The notes under the pieces are model-generated. The model was not told where the DNA came from. It ran no database searches and saw nothing but the letters and a program-made list of their open reading frames with translations. From contig JASCQW010000109.1 in the NCBI GenBank assembly GCA_030264375.1, positions 51,933,809-51,997,808 on the forward strand: a stretch of DNA of 64,000 bases, written 5' to 3'. Shown here piece by piece: positions 1 to 12,562 of the stretch (its first letter is position 1; the number at the start of each line of letters is the position of its first letter). This DNA is from Carcharhinus longimanus. Its lineage: Eukaryota. Both the position numbers and the translations under genes were made by a program.

Positions 1-291
1 TAACCTTCCTATGGGAGTTCCAAAATGGATTTTAGTCCAGTGGGACTTCCCGTTGCAGTTGTATCTCCAATGGTGTAACAGGCACCCCAACATTTAATGT
101 CAGGATCCCCACTGAAATATATTTAAATATTATCAGGCCTTTATAGTTCCCCCGCATTAAATCTTCCATTCACATCAGCATGAGGGTATGTCGATGAGAA
201 TCATGACAGGTCTCCCACGTTATGTACCTGACTAGCAGAACTGCTGGAGGCACACAGGGATGTACAGCCCCTGAGGGGAGGGGGAGAGTCA

Positions 292-800
292 TAAAGTACA
301 AAGAACATTATAGCACAAGAACAGGTCCTTCGGCCCACCATGTCTGTGCAGACACAGATGCCTCCCCAATCTAATATTTTCTTGCCTCCATGTGGTCCAT
401 ATGTCTCTACTCCATGCCTATTCATGTATCCATCCAGATGCCACTTGAACATTGTTATAGAATCTGCTTCCACCACCTCCTCCAGCAGTACGTTCCAGGT
501 ACTCACCATCCTGTGTGTGAGAAACTTGCCCCTACCATCTCTTTTAAACTTCCCCTCTCTCACTTTCAACCTATGCTCCCTTTGACCCTGGGGAAAAGGC
601 TCTGATGAATCATTCTATCCATAATCTTGTAAACCTCTATCGAGTCCTCCCTCATCCTCCAACGCTCCAGTGAAAACAATCCAAGTTTGTTCAACCTTTC
701 TTCATAGTCCATATCCTCCAAACCAGGCAGCATCTTGGTAAATCTCTTCTGCAGCCTTTCCTATGCATTAACACCCTTCCAGTAGTGTGGCAACCAGAAT
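292..800 (-). mobile_element. CR1 LINE 3' fragment
   Basis: Encodes the ORF2 C-terminal remnant (KVREGKFKRD..FLTHRMVSTWNVL..FKWHLDGYM) followed by the CR1 3' tail with microsatellite end. Confidence 0.85.
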
Positions 801-884
801 TGTACACAAATGCCATAAAGCAACACCACCACCTCTTTTGTCACCCGCTTATCTCACCTGAAGCATCTAAATNNNNNNNNNNAC

Positions 885-1330
885 TGTGTGATTGCATCAC
901 TCCTTTTCCTGAGTTCTACCTACATGGCCTCACTACTTCATCCCACCAAGGTATTGTCCCTCTGTATTGCTGTGACATTCTTCCTAATCAGTAAAGCAAC
1001 ACTCCAACCTCTTTTTTGTCACCCTCTCTATCTTGCTTGAAGCACCTAAATCTTGGAATGCTAAGCTGCCTGTCCTGCCTTTCTTTCATCTAAGTCTCCG
1101 TAATTACCACAACATCATAATTCCATGTAGTAATCCAAGCTTTAAGTTCATCCACCCTACCTATCATCAGCCTCTGATACGCTGTCCTTCCCAACAGCAT
1201 CTAAAACAATGTATCTGTTTGCGAGAGGGAGAGGGAGAACCTCAGGGGGCTCGTCCACTGACTGCCTACTGTTTATGACTGTCACCCATTTATCTTCCTC
1301 AACAATGGGTGTGGTCATTTCCCTGAAACT
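885..1330 (-). mobile_element. CR1 LINE ORF1 remnant
   Basis: The translation contains WVTV...LPLANRYIVLDAVG, which resembles a CR1 ORF1 motif. Confidence 0.55.
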
Positions 1331-1620
1331 TCTGCCTATGATGCTGTCCGCCATATGCATGCCCAGGCAGTACCTGGGCCGTCTACCCGGCACCACCAGG
1401 GGTGGGGGTGGGGGGGGGAGGGTGGGTGCGTGGAGTTCCACTGTGGGGAGGATCCAAGGGTGGGGGTGGTTCTATGACTGGAGAACTCTATGTCCATGGG
1501 GTGAAGGGTGTGTGGCTTTGTGATGGTAGGGATGTGGGACGGGGGCTCCATGGTGGTAGGACAGTGAGAGTGTGGGGTGAGGTCTCTGTGGTGGTGGGTT
1601 TGCCTTTTTTTAAAGGGTCT

Positions 1621-2750
1621 TACTGTCAAGACTAATAACAGGTCATTCTATAATAACATCGGCAAACAATCTGCATTTAGGAGCATAACACATCACCCAT
1701 TGTAAAACCCTAAAGTAAATCAATGTGTGAGTGTGAACACATTCTGACTGCTAATTATTAAAGAGCAACGTTGCTGGAGAAAAGGAAAGGCTAAGGCAAT
1801 GTTGCACCATTTTAGTTGGAATGATATAGTTGGGTATCACTGGCACATTTTCATCCAAATGATCATGTTGCCATAGCAACTTGGACTTCCTGAGTGATGT
1901 GTAACACATCACCACCACAAACACATATAGACAAGATCTTGGTTGAAAATCTTATTTGCACTTGTGACAATAAGCACTCATTACTGAACCTAGATTATAT
2001 GCATGAAGGTTTGTGTGTGAGAGATTCAAACGCACGGCCTTTTGAAATGCAGGTTATCCTCAAATTGATGTGCATATGTTCAATAAAGTAATTTACTGAA
2101 TGTAGAGTCAGGAGGAGTGGGATTATTCAATCTAATCTCACGATTACCACTCCTCCCAACCAGTTGTGCCCACCCACTTCAGTCCCTGACCCTCCCTCCT
2201 CTATACCGGCTTCTTCTTTATACTCCTGTCAGCCTCACCACTTGAACCTAAGCCTCTGAACCCTGCCAATGCCTCCTGTACTGAACCCTGGATCCTAGAC
2301 CTACTTATCTGAGGGCCACTGCCAGCAGCAGGTCACTGGCCTTCACTGGTGGGAAGTTAAGTTTTGCTGCTTCCCTTGTAATGAAGTCCAAGGTAGAGTA
2401 TCTGGTGTGCCTCAGGTCTCACCATCTTTGCACAGAAATTGTAATGAATGCCCAGAATGGGCACACTTAAATTTCCAATGGTCATTTGGATGAAAATGTG
2501 CCAATGGTACCCAAATATATTGTTCCAACTAAAATGGTGCAACATTGCTTTAGGCTTTCCTTTTCTCCAGCAACATTGCGCTTTAATAATTAGCAGTCAG
2601 AATGTGAGAGAATACTGTTCACACATTGATCTACTTTAGGATTTTACAATAGCTGAGTGATGTATTATACTCCTAAATGCCCATTTGTCTTTGGCTACAC
2701 CTGCTTACAGTTGTTATTATAGAATGATCTGTTATTAGTCTTGACAGTAG
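1621..2750. repeat. Diverged inverted duplication with arms at ~1621-1867 and ~2477-2750
   Basis: For example tactgtcaagactaataacaggtcattctataataac is the reverse complement of gttattatagaatgatctgttattagtcttgacagta; the arms are collinear over ~250 bp. Confidence 0.9.
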
Positions 2751-3120
2751 ATCATTTTTTTCTGCACAGAAACATTCTAAAGAGACCAATAAGTTGCAGA
2801 AAAGAAACTCTCTGATAGCACTGCAATGTTTTAGAAATGTGTAATAATGCCATCTGTTGCTGCTTTTAAATTATTGTTCAATAAATATCTGTTACTAAAA
2901 TATCTGAGCTCAGGTTGTTCACCAGCTGTTATTGAACAGCAGCTCAATTTAAAGACAGCTAATAGCCCCTAAATGATAAGATAATATGATTTGCAATAAT
3001 ATTCATCAATTTGTCATTACTGAGAGTGTTGCCTCTAAACTGCAGTCAATGCTGAGCTAGTTGGGGAGCACTTCATTATCAGTAGAACTTGCAGCATAGC
3101 TCTGCAGCATAAATTGTTTT

Positions 3121-3365
3121 GATGTGGGTATGCCGGCATTGGACTGGCGTAAACACAGTAAAAAGTCTGACAACACCAGGTTTTAGTCCAACNNNNNNNN
3201 NNNNNNNNNNNNNNNNNNNNNNNNNNNNNNNNNNNNNNNNNNNNNNNNNNNNNNNNNNNNNNNNNNNNNNNNNNNNNNNNNNNNNNNNNNNNAACCCGAA
3301 AGCTTGTGAGTATATTATCAAATAAATAGGTTGGACTAAAACCTGGTGTTGTCAGACTTTTTACT
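3121..3365 (-). mobile_element. Palindromic Penelope-like non-autonomous element (family A), centre in an N gap
   Basis: Inverted arms cagtaaaaagtctgacaacaccagg / cctggtgttgtcagactttttactg. 14-bp direct repeat gcataaattgtttt at 3107-3120 and 3366-3379. Confidence 0.75.
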
Positions 3366-3379
3366 GCATAAATTGTTTT

Positions 3380-3690
3380 CCAGAGATTGGGAATCAAAAA
3401 CTAGAGGGCATAGGTTTAAGGTGAGAGGGGAAAGATTTAAAAGGGACCTGAGGGGCAACTTCTTCATGCAGAGGGTGGTTCGTATGTGGAATGAGCTGTC
3501 AGAGAAACTGGTTGAGGCAGGTACAATAGCAGCACTTAAAAAGCATTTGGATAAATACATAGAAAGAAAAGGATTAGAGGGATATGGGCCAAACGAGAGC
3601 AATTGGGACTAATTGGGAGGGCACCATGATTGGCATGGACTGGTTGGGCTGAAGGGCCTGTTTCCATGCTATATTGCTCTATGACTCTAC
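3380..3690 (+). mobile_element. CR1 LINE 3' end
   Basis: ORF2 end TRGHRFKVRGERFKRDLRGNFFMQRVVRMWNEL followed by the tail ..ctctatgactcta. Confidence 0.9.
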
Positions 3691-3734
3691 AACATATAAC
3701 ATCCTAATCTTTCCCACTTTTTAATGTATTTTAT

Positions 3735-4125
3735 TCAGGTTCATGATGTAGGTATCACTGGCATTTATTGCATTTCCTTAATTGCCCTGAGAAGGTAGCA
3801 TGCGACTTTATTGAACCATTGCATTTTGGCTGATTAGCTTGTTAAGTCACTTCAGAGGACAGTTAAGAGTCAGACAATTTGGTGTGGGATTAGAGTCACA
3901 CACAGTTTATAATTACAGATCACTTCCCTAATGACAATCGGTGAACTGAATGGTCACTTTTGCTTACACACTTATGCACTTTTGTATTTTCTGGATTTGT
4001 TTAACAAACTGAACTCAAACGATCAAATTGCCACAGTGGGATTTAAGGTTATATTTTACAGGATAATTAATCCACACCTCCATATTACTAGACCAGCAAC
4101 AACCATTGTAATCTTGTACTCAACT
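3735..4125 (-). mobile_element. Decayed tRNA-derived SINE plus LINE-like tail
   Basis: Reverse complement resembles the SINE at 15000-15375. Confidence 0.55.
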
Positions 4126-4369
4126 TGACCTATCCTATTCCTAATCAAGTATTCAGCAGTTCTTTTTCATATTGTAGTCAGCGCAGCATTGGAGCCAGGA
4201 GCCCATTGCAAATAGAACATAGTGGGCAATTATTGTATACCACAAGTTCAGTGGTATCTTAGGATGCTGTAAGATTGGACAGCTGGAGCTAAATATAAAC
4301 TAAATTCAGTCAGCATAATATCCATTCATCCTGCTGCCTGGATTACCAAAAGCCAGGATTCATGACCTT

Positions 4370-4593
4370 AAGAACATAGAACATAGAACACTACAGCACA
4401 AACAGGCCCTTTGGCCCACAAGTTGCGCCGATCATATGCCTACCTACTAGGCCTACCTGTAACCCTCAATCCCATTAAACCCCATGTACTCATCCAGAAG
4501 TCTCTCGAAAGACCCCAACAAGTTTGCCTCCACCACCACCGACGGCAGCCAATTCCACTCACTTACCACCCTCTGAGTGAAAAACTTACTCCT
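4370..4593 (-). mobile_element. CR1 3' tail (young subfamily, also at 6470-6720)
   Basis: Microsatellite end (agaacat)n and acagcacaaacaggccc motif. Confidence 0.85.
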
Positions 4594-4693
4594 NNNNNNN
4601 NNNNNNNNNNNNNNNNNNNNNNNNNNNNNNNNNNNNNNNNNNNNNNNNNNNNNNNNNNNNNNNNNNNNNNNNNNNNNNNNNNNNNNNNNNNNN

Positions 4694-4871
4694 TCTCAAG
4701 CAGAGAACCATTGGACGTACCTTCCCAACCCCTAACCTCCCGGAACATCTCAAGCAGAGAACCATTGGACGTACCTTCCCAACCCCTAACCTCCCGGAAC
4801 ATCTCAAGCAGAGAACCATTGGACATACCTTCCCAACCCCTAACCTCCTGGAACATCTCAAGCAGAGAACC
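4694..4871. repeat. 54-bp minisatellite, at least 3.3 copies, running into a gap
   Basis: Unit tctcaagcagagaaccattggacgtaccttcccaacccctaacctcccggaaca starts at 4694, 4748, 4802 and 4856. Confidence 0.95.
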
Positions 4872-4879
4872 GTTAAATG

Positions 4880-5201
4880 CTCAGCATTCATCTCCTCACT
4901 AACTGGAGCATCCGAATTGGACTTTTGTGGAGCATGTCTGTTTTATGCTGATTCTGGATGCGTGCACGTGGTGGTAAATGGGTAAGTGCTAGTAAGATTG
5001 GGCATGCAGCCCATTAAGTCAATTTAAGTGCATTTAAATGGCCGTCGCACCCATTTCAGCGCGGTCCCAATTGCGGTCATTTTCGGGGGCTTTAGTAAAG
5101 GGGGAACCGGCATGGAGGCGGGCGTGGATCGTGCTACTCGCCTCATGCCCGACTTTACCAAGTCTTTGCGCCCTAAAACGGGCGGTGGTAAAATCGGGCC
5201 C
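4880..5201. mobile_element. Right part of a TIR element of the same family as 10991-11988
   Basis: Collinear with 11660-11988 and ends in the TIR ggtaaaatcgggccc. Confidence 0.85.
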
Positions 5202-5650
5202 CATGCCTTTTTCTGTAAGAATCTGTCCGTTGATTTGGTGTCTTGTCCACCTCTGCCACGGTACCAATGAGAAATAAATTACTCTTGCTGTAATCAGTGT
5301 GGTGTTCTTGCTTGTGTGTTAAACATGAATTAATAGTTTGAACCAGATATGTTGTCTGTCAGAAAGTTATTTGTCCATTGTTTGGAGAGATCAAAACTGG
5401 ATGAGAATATCTCATATCATTTCTAGCGCACACCTTTATAATAGAAAAGGATTCATTGTTCACTCTGAAGCTTGAAATCCCAGACCACCTCATGCACAAG
5501 GTCACATTTCAATTTAAGGGAAGTGAAGATTTGCCTGTAAGAAATTGATTTAATTGTGCATTAAAGGGGACAAAGTGCCAGGCTGCAGCATAAAATGAAT
5601 TATATTATTCCATGAAATGCTGGATCAAAGTTCTGATGTATGTATTGTCT

Positions 5651-5915
5651 TGTGTTATGATGGCCGCGAGGGATCATCAGTAGGTCTCCCCAGGGATCTC
5701 ACAGAGTACGAGCAGAGTACTACTTAAGCCAGTGGAGTTTTACCCAATAGGGAAGGGGCAGTGGAGGGGGAGGAGGGAGGAGGTTTAAAACCAGCTGGCT
5801 CCACTCAGCCAGCAGTTGAAGGGCTCCAAGTCTTTACTTGTAGCCTGTAACTGCCGGAGCTAAACCTTATTCACGTTGTAGATAAAGGCCACAGCAAGAT
5901 CATTACTTATTGACA
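5651..5915 (+). mobile_element. Possible solo LTR
   Basis: TG...CA ends and a tgtagataaag polyA-like motif, but no clean TSD found. Confidence 0.35.
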
Positions 5916-6469
5916 TTTCTTCTTCTGCGAACATCTTAGGAGGAGTTCATCCACCTCAGAAATATTTCTCAAACATATTCACAATCAGGTTATTTTGGGA
6001 TTCTGCACCTGGGTGCTAGGCAGTTAGAAAACACTCAAACACACAACTTTGACCAGAAGACACAAATGTATTGAAAGTTCAGATAAATGGGGGGAATCCC
6101 GCCAGCTACTGACGGGATTCCCAATGGCGCATTGGATCAAGAGTAATGGCTGCAACAGGATTCTCGCCAAGCATCAAACCTGTTGTGAATCTCCAGCCCG
6201 CTGCACAGGCCCCCGTCAGGATCTCACCCAGAGCGGGCAGGAACCTGATGAGTTTTCATTTCAATGTAATTACCGGGTTTGAGGCTGGCTGCTCCAGAGT
6301 CCTGATATGCTTCCCCTCCACCCACTGGAAGTCCAGCGAGTGCCAAACAGTACAGATCCTGACAAGCATAGACCAGGTGCCTTGGTGTCTAAAGAGGGCA
6401 AGGAGGTAAGTATTGTGCCCATGTGCCCCTCTGCCACTGCCAGACTGCAGAAGGAAGGTCACACAAGGG

Positions 6470-6720
6470 ACATAGAACATAGAACACTACAGCACAAACA
6501 GGCCCTTCAGCCCACTAGTTGCGCCGATCACTTCTATAAGCCATAGGCCTATCTATAACCCCCAATCCCATTAGATCCCATATACTCAACCAGAAGTCTT
6601 TTAAAAGACCCCAGCGAGTTCGCCTCTACCACCACCGACGGCAGCCAATTCCACTCACTTACCACCCTCTGAGTGAAAAACTTACTCCTGACATCTCCTC
6701 TGTACCTACTCCTACTCTGC
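6470..6720 (-). mobile_element. CR1 3' end
   Basis: Encodes RYRGDVRSKFFTQRVVSEWNWLP and has the tail repeat. Confidence 0.85.
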
Positions 6721-7984
6721 ACCTTGAATGGCATAAAATTCACCTACCCACCCCATGATTGTAGGGTACCAAGGTGTGGTTCCATGCTGGTCCCCGTTTC
6801 AATGCAGGTGTCCTCTGCACTATCTAGGGCGCTAAGTAATGTTCCAAGCAGCCTTCTCTATTTAAAGGTACCTTCCCTGTAGAAGGAAAGCTGCAGCAAT
6901 GCTCGATAATTGCTTTTGATCTCTGTCAGAGAAGACCTGTCGCACCAGGGGAAGGAGAAGCCTCTCAAATCCAGCACTGCCACTATTCTGGACTCACACT
7001 GCTGAGAGGTTGAAGCCAGGAAAGAGGCCACATTTTCATTCAGGGACAAGAAGCCCTCCAAAGCAAACATTAGAAGGGAGTGGAAGCATTTGTCAAGAGT
7101 CGTAAATTCCCAGAGTATTCAATTGCTCATTTAGCTGCTATGATGGAAGAAATTTGATGACACTCTATTGGTTAATGTAAGTGATTGCATCTGGACATCA
7201 GCTTGCATCCACCACAACACACAGTTTTCATACGGTTCGATGCATCACATCCCCTTTAACTAACACAACACCACACCGACACAAACTCACCCCTAACATC
7301 CTTAGGCTATACCTCACCCACACACACCCTCGAAGCACAGCAGGGGCACACACATCTCTTATTGCTTCCATGTATCTCTAGCTAATCAGCTACGACAGGC
7401 ATCATACAAACACTCACCTTGAGAGGTGCCTTGAAATAGGAACTGCTGACTGAGTGGTCATGAAGCTGCAGATTTCTTCCCCACTTTCTTCCCCTCTCCT
7501 TATCATTTTGTGACTGCAGGTAGTGAAGAACTCTCAGCTGCCCGGTCCCAATGGAAGAGCGAGGGGAGGTCTACAGTTTTGGAAAGCCAATATTGTCACT
7601 TGATCTAACAATCATAGTCACCAGTTCTGATACTGGCACAGTGTGAATGTTAGAGGTGAGTTCAGAGTTAAGATCTATACATGATAAGACATGAGACCTA
7701 ACTGGGTGTCCATTCCAAGCCTTTAGAGTCCTCCCTGTCCCTCTTCAATAGGCTCTTAATCGGTCAATCATCCAGCCACTGCCGGCACTCACTCATTTAT
7801 TCATTTCTAGCCAGATTATGGTAACATGTCGCCTCATTGACCCAACATCCTAATCTACAAGCTTGCTCCCAAGCCCATCTTCAAACCCATCTCTGCTGTA
7901 CCAGGAAGATCTTGTCCCTTCCGAGCCTCAACATTTCTACAATAGTAAATTTTAATGTGGTAATGCAGTCATTGCAGTGAGTGA

Positions 7985-8298
7985 GCGGCATGGTGGCATA
8001 GTGGTTAGCACTGTGGCCTCACAGTGCCAGGGACCCATGTTCAATTTGGGTGACTATTTGTGTGGAGTTTGTATGATCTCTCCATGTCTGCCTGGGTTTC
8101 CACCGGGTGCTCCAGTTTGCTCTCAGTACAAAGCTGTGCAGGTTAGGTGGATTTGCCATGGTAAATGTGTTGGGTTACAGAGATAGGCTCAGAGGAAAGG
8201 GCTTGGGTAAAGTATGTTGCCAGAGAGAGTTGGTGCAGGTTTGATGGGCTGAATGGCCTCATTCTGCACTGTAGGGATCCTATGTAGGGATTCTATGA
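7985..8298 (+). mobile_element. HE1/V-SINE-type tRNA-derived SINE
   Basis: Head ggtggcatagtggttagcactg (A box), central tgtgtggagtttg..ggtttccaccgggtgctcc domain, CR1-like tail ctgcactgtagggattctatga. Confidence 0.85.
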
Positions 8299-8619
8299 GT
8301 GACAAGAAAGAGTCCTGGAGAGTCTGGAAGTATTGAGTGTGACTAGGCCGGAGTATGACAGGGTACAAATGTCAATTTGGGAGTTTGGTATGGGTGAAAG
8401 TTCAGTGCCTTGTGGGGAGGGATCTTTTATATCTTTTTCAGCCTCCGGAAGTGATGAGTGTTAAGTGAACAAGTAGGTGAAGCTTTGGCAAGATTTTAAA
8501 ATTTTATTCCTCTGAACATGAACAGTAATTTTAAATTGGCACTGGGGAGATACAAGTATTGCATTAATTTGTAGCATAACTAGTTAAATTAAAGCTGAGT
8601 GATATTTCTAAACTTTGAA

Positions 8620-11600
8620 CCTAATAAAGTAAACAAAATACAGATGATAGGTCAAGTGATGGATTGCAGCTGAAGCATGTGGGTTCAATGGTCAACAGTG
8701 TGATCAATGGTAACCACGTATGCACTAAGTGCCTGCAAATCAAAGATCTTTGACTATCAATTGATGAGCTTTACACACGTGTGATGCATCAGCAAAGGAA
8801 AAAGTTATCCTTTTCAGGCGACCCCTTTGGCTAGCTATTTTAGATATGGTCCATGGTTAGTGACAGGATTGTGACTATGACTGAGGTATGTATGGCAATC
8901 CAGAAAGTAGCTGGGGAAGAGCCTCAGCACTTGCAATAGTCCATCTGGTTTCCTCCCATAGTCCAAACGATGTACTGGTTAGGTACATTGGCCATGCTAA
9001 ATTCTCCTTCAGTGTACTTGAACAGGTGCCAGAATGTGGTGACTGGGGAATTTTCACAGTAACTTCATTGCAGTGTTAATGTGACTACTAAATAAACAGG
9101 TTTGAAGTTCTAACAACCTGTATGGACAAAAACAGGGACTGCAATGAGATAAACAACAAGCCATAGAACAATTTATGGTGCAGGAAGCTATTCAAGTGGT
9201 GGGGGGAGAGGGAGAGTGAAAAGGAACACACTTGTAATAGGAGACAGGATAGTACAGGGATAGCTATGTTCTCTGCAGCAGAGAACAGCATGAACAGATA
9301 CAAATGAATATAATATGATAGCTATTACAGAGACCTGGTTGCAAAGTGACCACAGTTGGGACTTGAATGTGCAAGGACATTTGACATTTCAGAAGGATGG
9401 GAAGGAAAGGAAATGATGTGGCGTGATTCTGTTCACAGAGGATGATAAATGAGTTTGAATGTGAGGATTAAATCTATCATCATTTCAGATGGAGATAAGA
9501 AACAGCAAAGGAAATAAGTCGCTGGTAGAAATGGTTCACAGGCCCTCTGACAATAGCTATACTATAGGACAGAGTATAAATCAAGAAATAATAGGAACTT
9601 GGAAGAAATTATTGTCACTGTCATGGGAGATTTTAATCTTCACATTAATTGGATGAATCAAATTGGCAAAAGTATCCAGGAGGGTGGATCCATAGAGTGC
9701 ATTTGGAACAGTTTCCTTACCTGGTCTGGCCTACATTCAGCAATGTGGTTGACTCTTAAATGCCCTCTGAAATGGCCACTCAGTTCACGGCAATTAGGGA
9801 TAGGTAATAAATGCTTGTTCAGCCAGCAACACCCACATCCCATGAACAAATGAAAAAACAAGATAGTTTGGAGCCAACCAGGAAAAAGGCGATTTTAAAC
9901 CTAGTAATGTAGAGTGAGACATGGTTAATTAATTAATGGTCTCATAGAAAAGGATCCTCTAGGCAAGACTGATCCTAACATTAAATTTTGGGGTCTGAAA
10001 GTAATGTCTTAATCTTAAGGACAGGCAATTACAAGCCCATATGAACATAGAGTTGGCTAAAATGGAATGACAGAGGGTAGACTAATTGACTTGTAGTTTC
10101 CTGCTTTCTGTTTAGAAGGTAAGATAGCAGAGAAGAAATGGCAGACGTTTGCAGAGATATTTCATAACCCTCAAAGTAGATACATTCCATTGTGAAAGGA
10201 AGAGCGACTCTTACCACAAGAATCACCATTTGTGGATGAGTATGGATGGTGTCAAATTGACAGAAAAAAACTATAATTCTGCAAATATGTACAGTAGCCC
10301 AGAAGACTGGGAGCATTTTGGAAACCAGAAAAGGATGGCTAACAAAATAAAATAAAGAGGGTGAAATTGACATACGAGAGAAACTGAGCAAGAAATATAA
10401 AAACTGACAGTAAAAGCTTCTACAGTTATGTAAAATTGAAGAGAACAGCGGAAGTAAGCATTGGTCCCTTAGAGGGTGAGACTGTGGAATTAATAATGTG
10501 AACAAGGAAATTGCAGAGATTTTGAACAAGTATTTTGCACCTATCTTTCCAGGAGAAGACAAAGAAATCATTCTAAAAATAGTGGGCGATCAAGAGGCAA
10601 AAGAGAGGGAGAAACTTAAAATATGATAACTAGAGAAAAAATATTGTGAAAAATAATGTCACTAAAAGCTGACAAACCCCCTGGACCTGATGGCCTCCAT
10701 CCTAGGGTCTTAAAGGGAATGGCTGCAAATATGGTGAATGCATTGTTGTAATCTGCCAAAATTGAATTGCAAATATAAGTACAGGCCAACTAGTCTAACC
10801 TCTATTGTAATACAAGAAAATACAAGAATAGATTATTAAAGATGTGGTAGCAGAGCAATAGGAAAACCAAAATATAATCACGGAGATACCACATGGTTTT
10901 ATGAAAAGGTAATTGAGTTTGGCGAATTTACTTAAGTTCTTTGAGGATGTAAGAAGCAGGATGAATAAAGGGGAAGCAGTAGAGGTATGATGGGCCCAAT
11001 TTTACCATTTTGATTCCAAGTGCTGGACGGACTGGAATCTGGGAGTGTTTGAGATCCAATTTTTAGACCTGTTCTCAGGTGTCCCTGTATGCCCTCTGTC
11101 TGAAAAAAATCAGCAATTCTGAATCACACTGCAGAAACATGTGGTCAAGGCTTATTGTGCCTGAAACACTGCAGTTATGATTGGTGTCTCCAACTGCACC
11201 TGCGCAGTAAGAAAAATAGAAAAACACTCCCCTGCCACATTGCTTCTGGGCTGGATAATGCCTCCCTCTGCCCCCCCCCCAGACATTGCCCCCACCCCCA
11301 CAACATAACTGATCTCTTTATCCTGCCCCCACCCCCGCCTCGCTACCCAGACTGATCGTGTCTCTCTGCCCCACTCCTCCCCCTCACTGATCACACGCAG
11401 AGTGACAGCGGACACCCCGTTCCCCATCCCCAGTGATTGCACACAGAATGGCAGCGGACCCCACCATCTGAGAGTGATCTGACCCACTCCCCCCACCACC
11501 AAAGAGCCATCTTACCCGTCTCCCCTCCCTACTATCAGACAGTCATCGGACCTACCTCCCTCCCCAATCAGAGATTCATCTGACCTGCCTCCCTCTGTCC

Positions 11601-12562
11601 CCCACAAACCCCCTCCCGACTCCCCACTAAGTCAGAGAGCCGTCAGTAGCTCAGGACACGACTCCTCAGAAGTGGGAGCGCCCAAATCGGATCTTTTGGA
11701 TCATGTCTGTTTCACACTGAATCTGGACGGGTGAACGCAATGGTAAAGGGGGAAGTGCCAGTAAATTTAGGCTTCCAGCCCATTAAGTCAAGTTAAATGC
11801 GTGTAAATACATTTAAATTGTCGCCATGCCCATTTTGGGCATGGTGCCGACGGTGGCCATTTTAGGCCATTGTTAAAGGGGGAACGGGCATGGTGGTGGG
11901 CGCGGATTGCACTACTCGTCTCATGCTCGACTTTACCAAGTTTTCGTGCCCAAAAAACAGGCACAACCTGATGGTAAAATTGAGCCCAAAGAATCCGCAA
12001 GGGATACAGATATGTTAAGTAAGTAAGGAAAAAAAATTGGAGTAGAATGTTAGAAAATGTAAAGTTGTCCACTTTGGTGAGTAGAGTAGAAAAGGAGAAT
12101 AATATTTAATTGGACAGAGACTGTGAAATGCTGCAGGACAGAGGGATCGAAATGTCCTTGTACATGAATCACAAAAAGTTAGCATGTAGCTACAGCAGGT
12201 AATTAAGAAGGTAATGGAATGTTGGCCTTTATAACGAGGAGATGCAATATAAAAGTAGAGAAGTAAAGGTCATTGATGAGATTGCACCTGGAGCGCTGTG
12301 TATAGTTTTGGCCTTCTTAATAAAGTGTTGCATTGGAAGCAGTCAGAGAAGGTTCACTGAATGGAGTCTTGGGTTGAAGAGGCTGTGTTATAAGCAAAGG
12401 TTGAGCAATGGGGGCTGGGTTTTTGATCAGTAGGGAGTTAAAGCTAATGAAGGACAGGCAGGAAAGTGGAGTTAAGGTCATGGTCAGATCAGCCATGATC
12501 AATTGAATGCCTGGGTAGGATGGGCAAATGGCTCATGCTTTCTGCTGTTTCTTATGATCTTG
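8620..12562 (+). mobile_element. Long, heavily decayed CR1 LINE (ORF1, endonuclease, RT, tail) with nested insertions
   Basis: Collinear remnants: IIAITETWL (~9315), MGDFN (~9622), K.PGPDGLHPRVLK (~10675), HGFMK (~10890), then the 3' tail at ~12480-12560. Confidence 0.8.
10991..11988. mobile_element. ~1 kb non-autonomous TIR DNA element inserted in the CR1
   Basis: TIRs tgggcccaattttaccat / atggtaaaattgagccca around a C-rich, internally repetitive core; no ORF. Confidence 0.85.

Noticed and set aside
4694-4871. Regular repeats as a possible CRISPR-like array
   Set aside because: These are head-to-tail units with no unique spacers, in a eukaryotic context.
10029-10571. 180-aa minus-strand ORF
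   Set aside because: It is the antisense frame of a decayed CR1 ORF2 with no recognisable protein.
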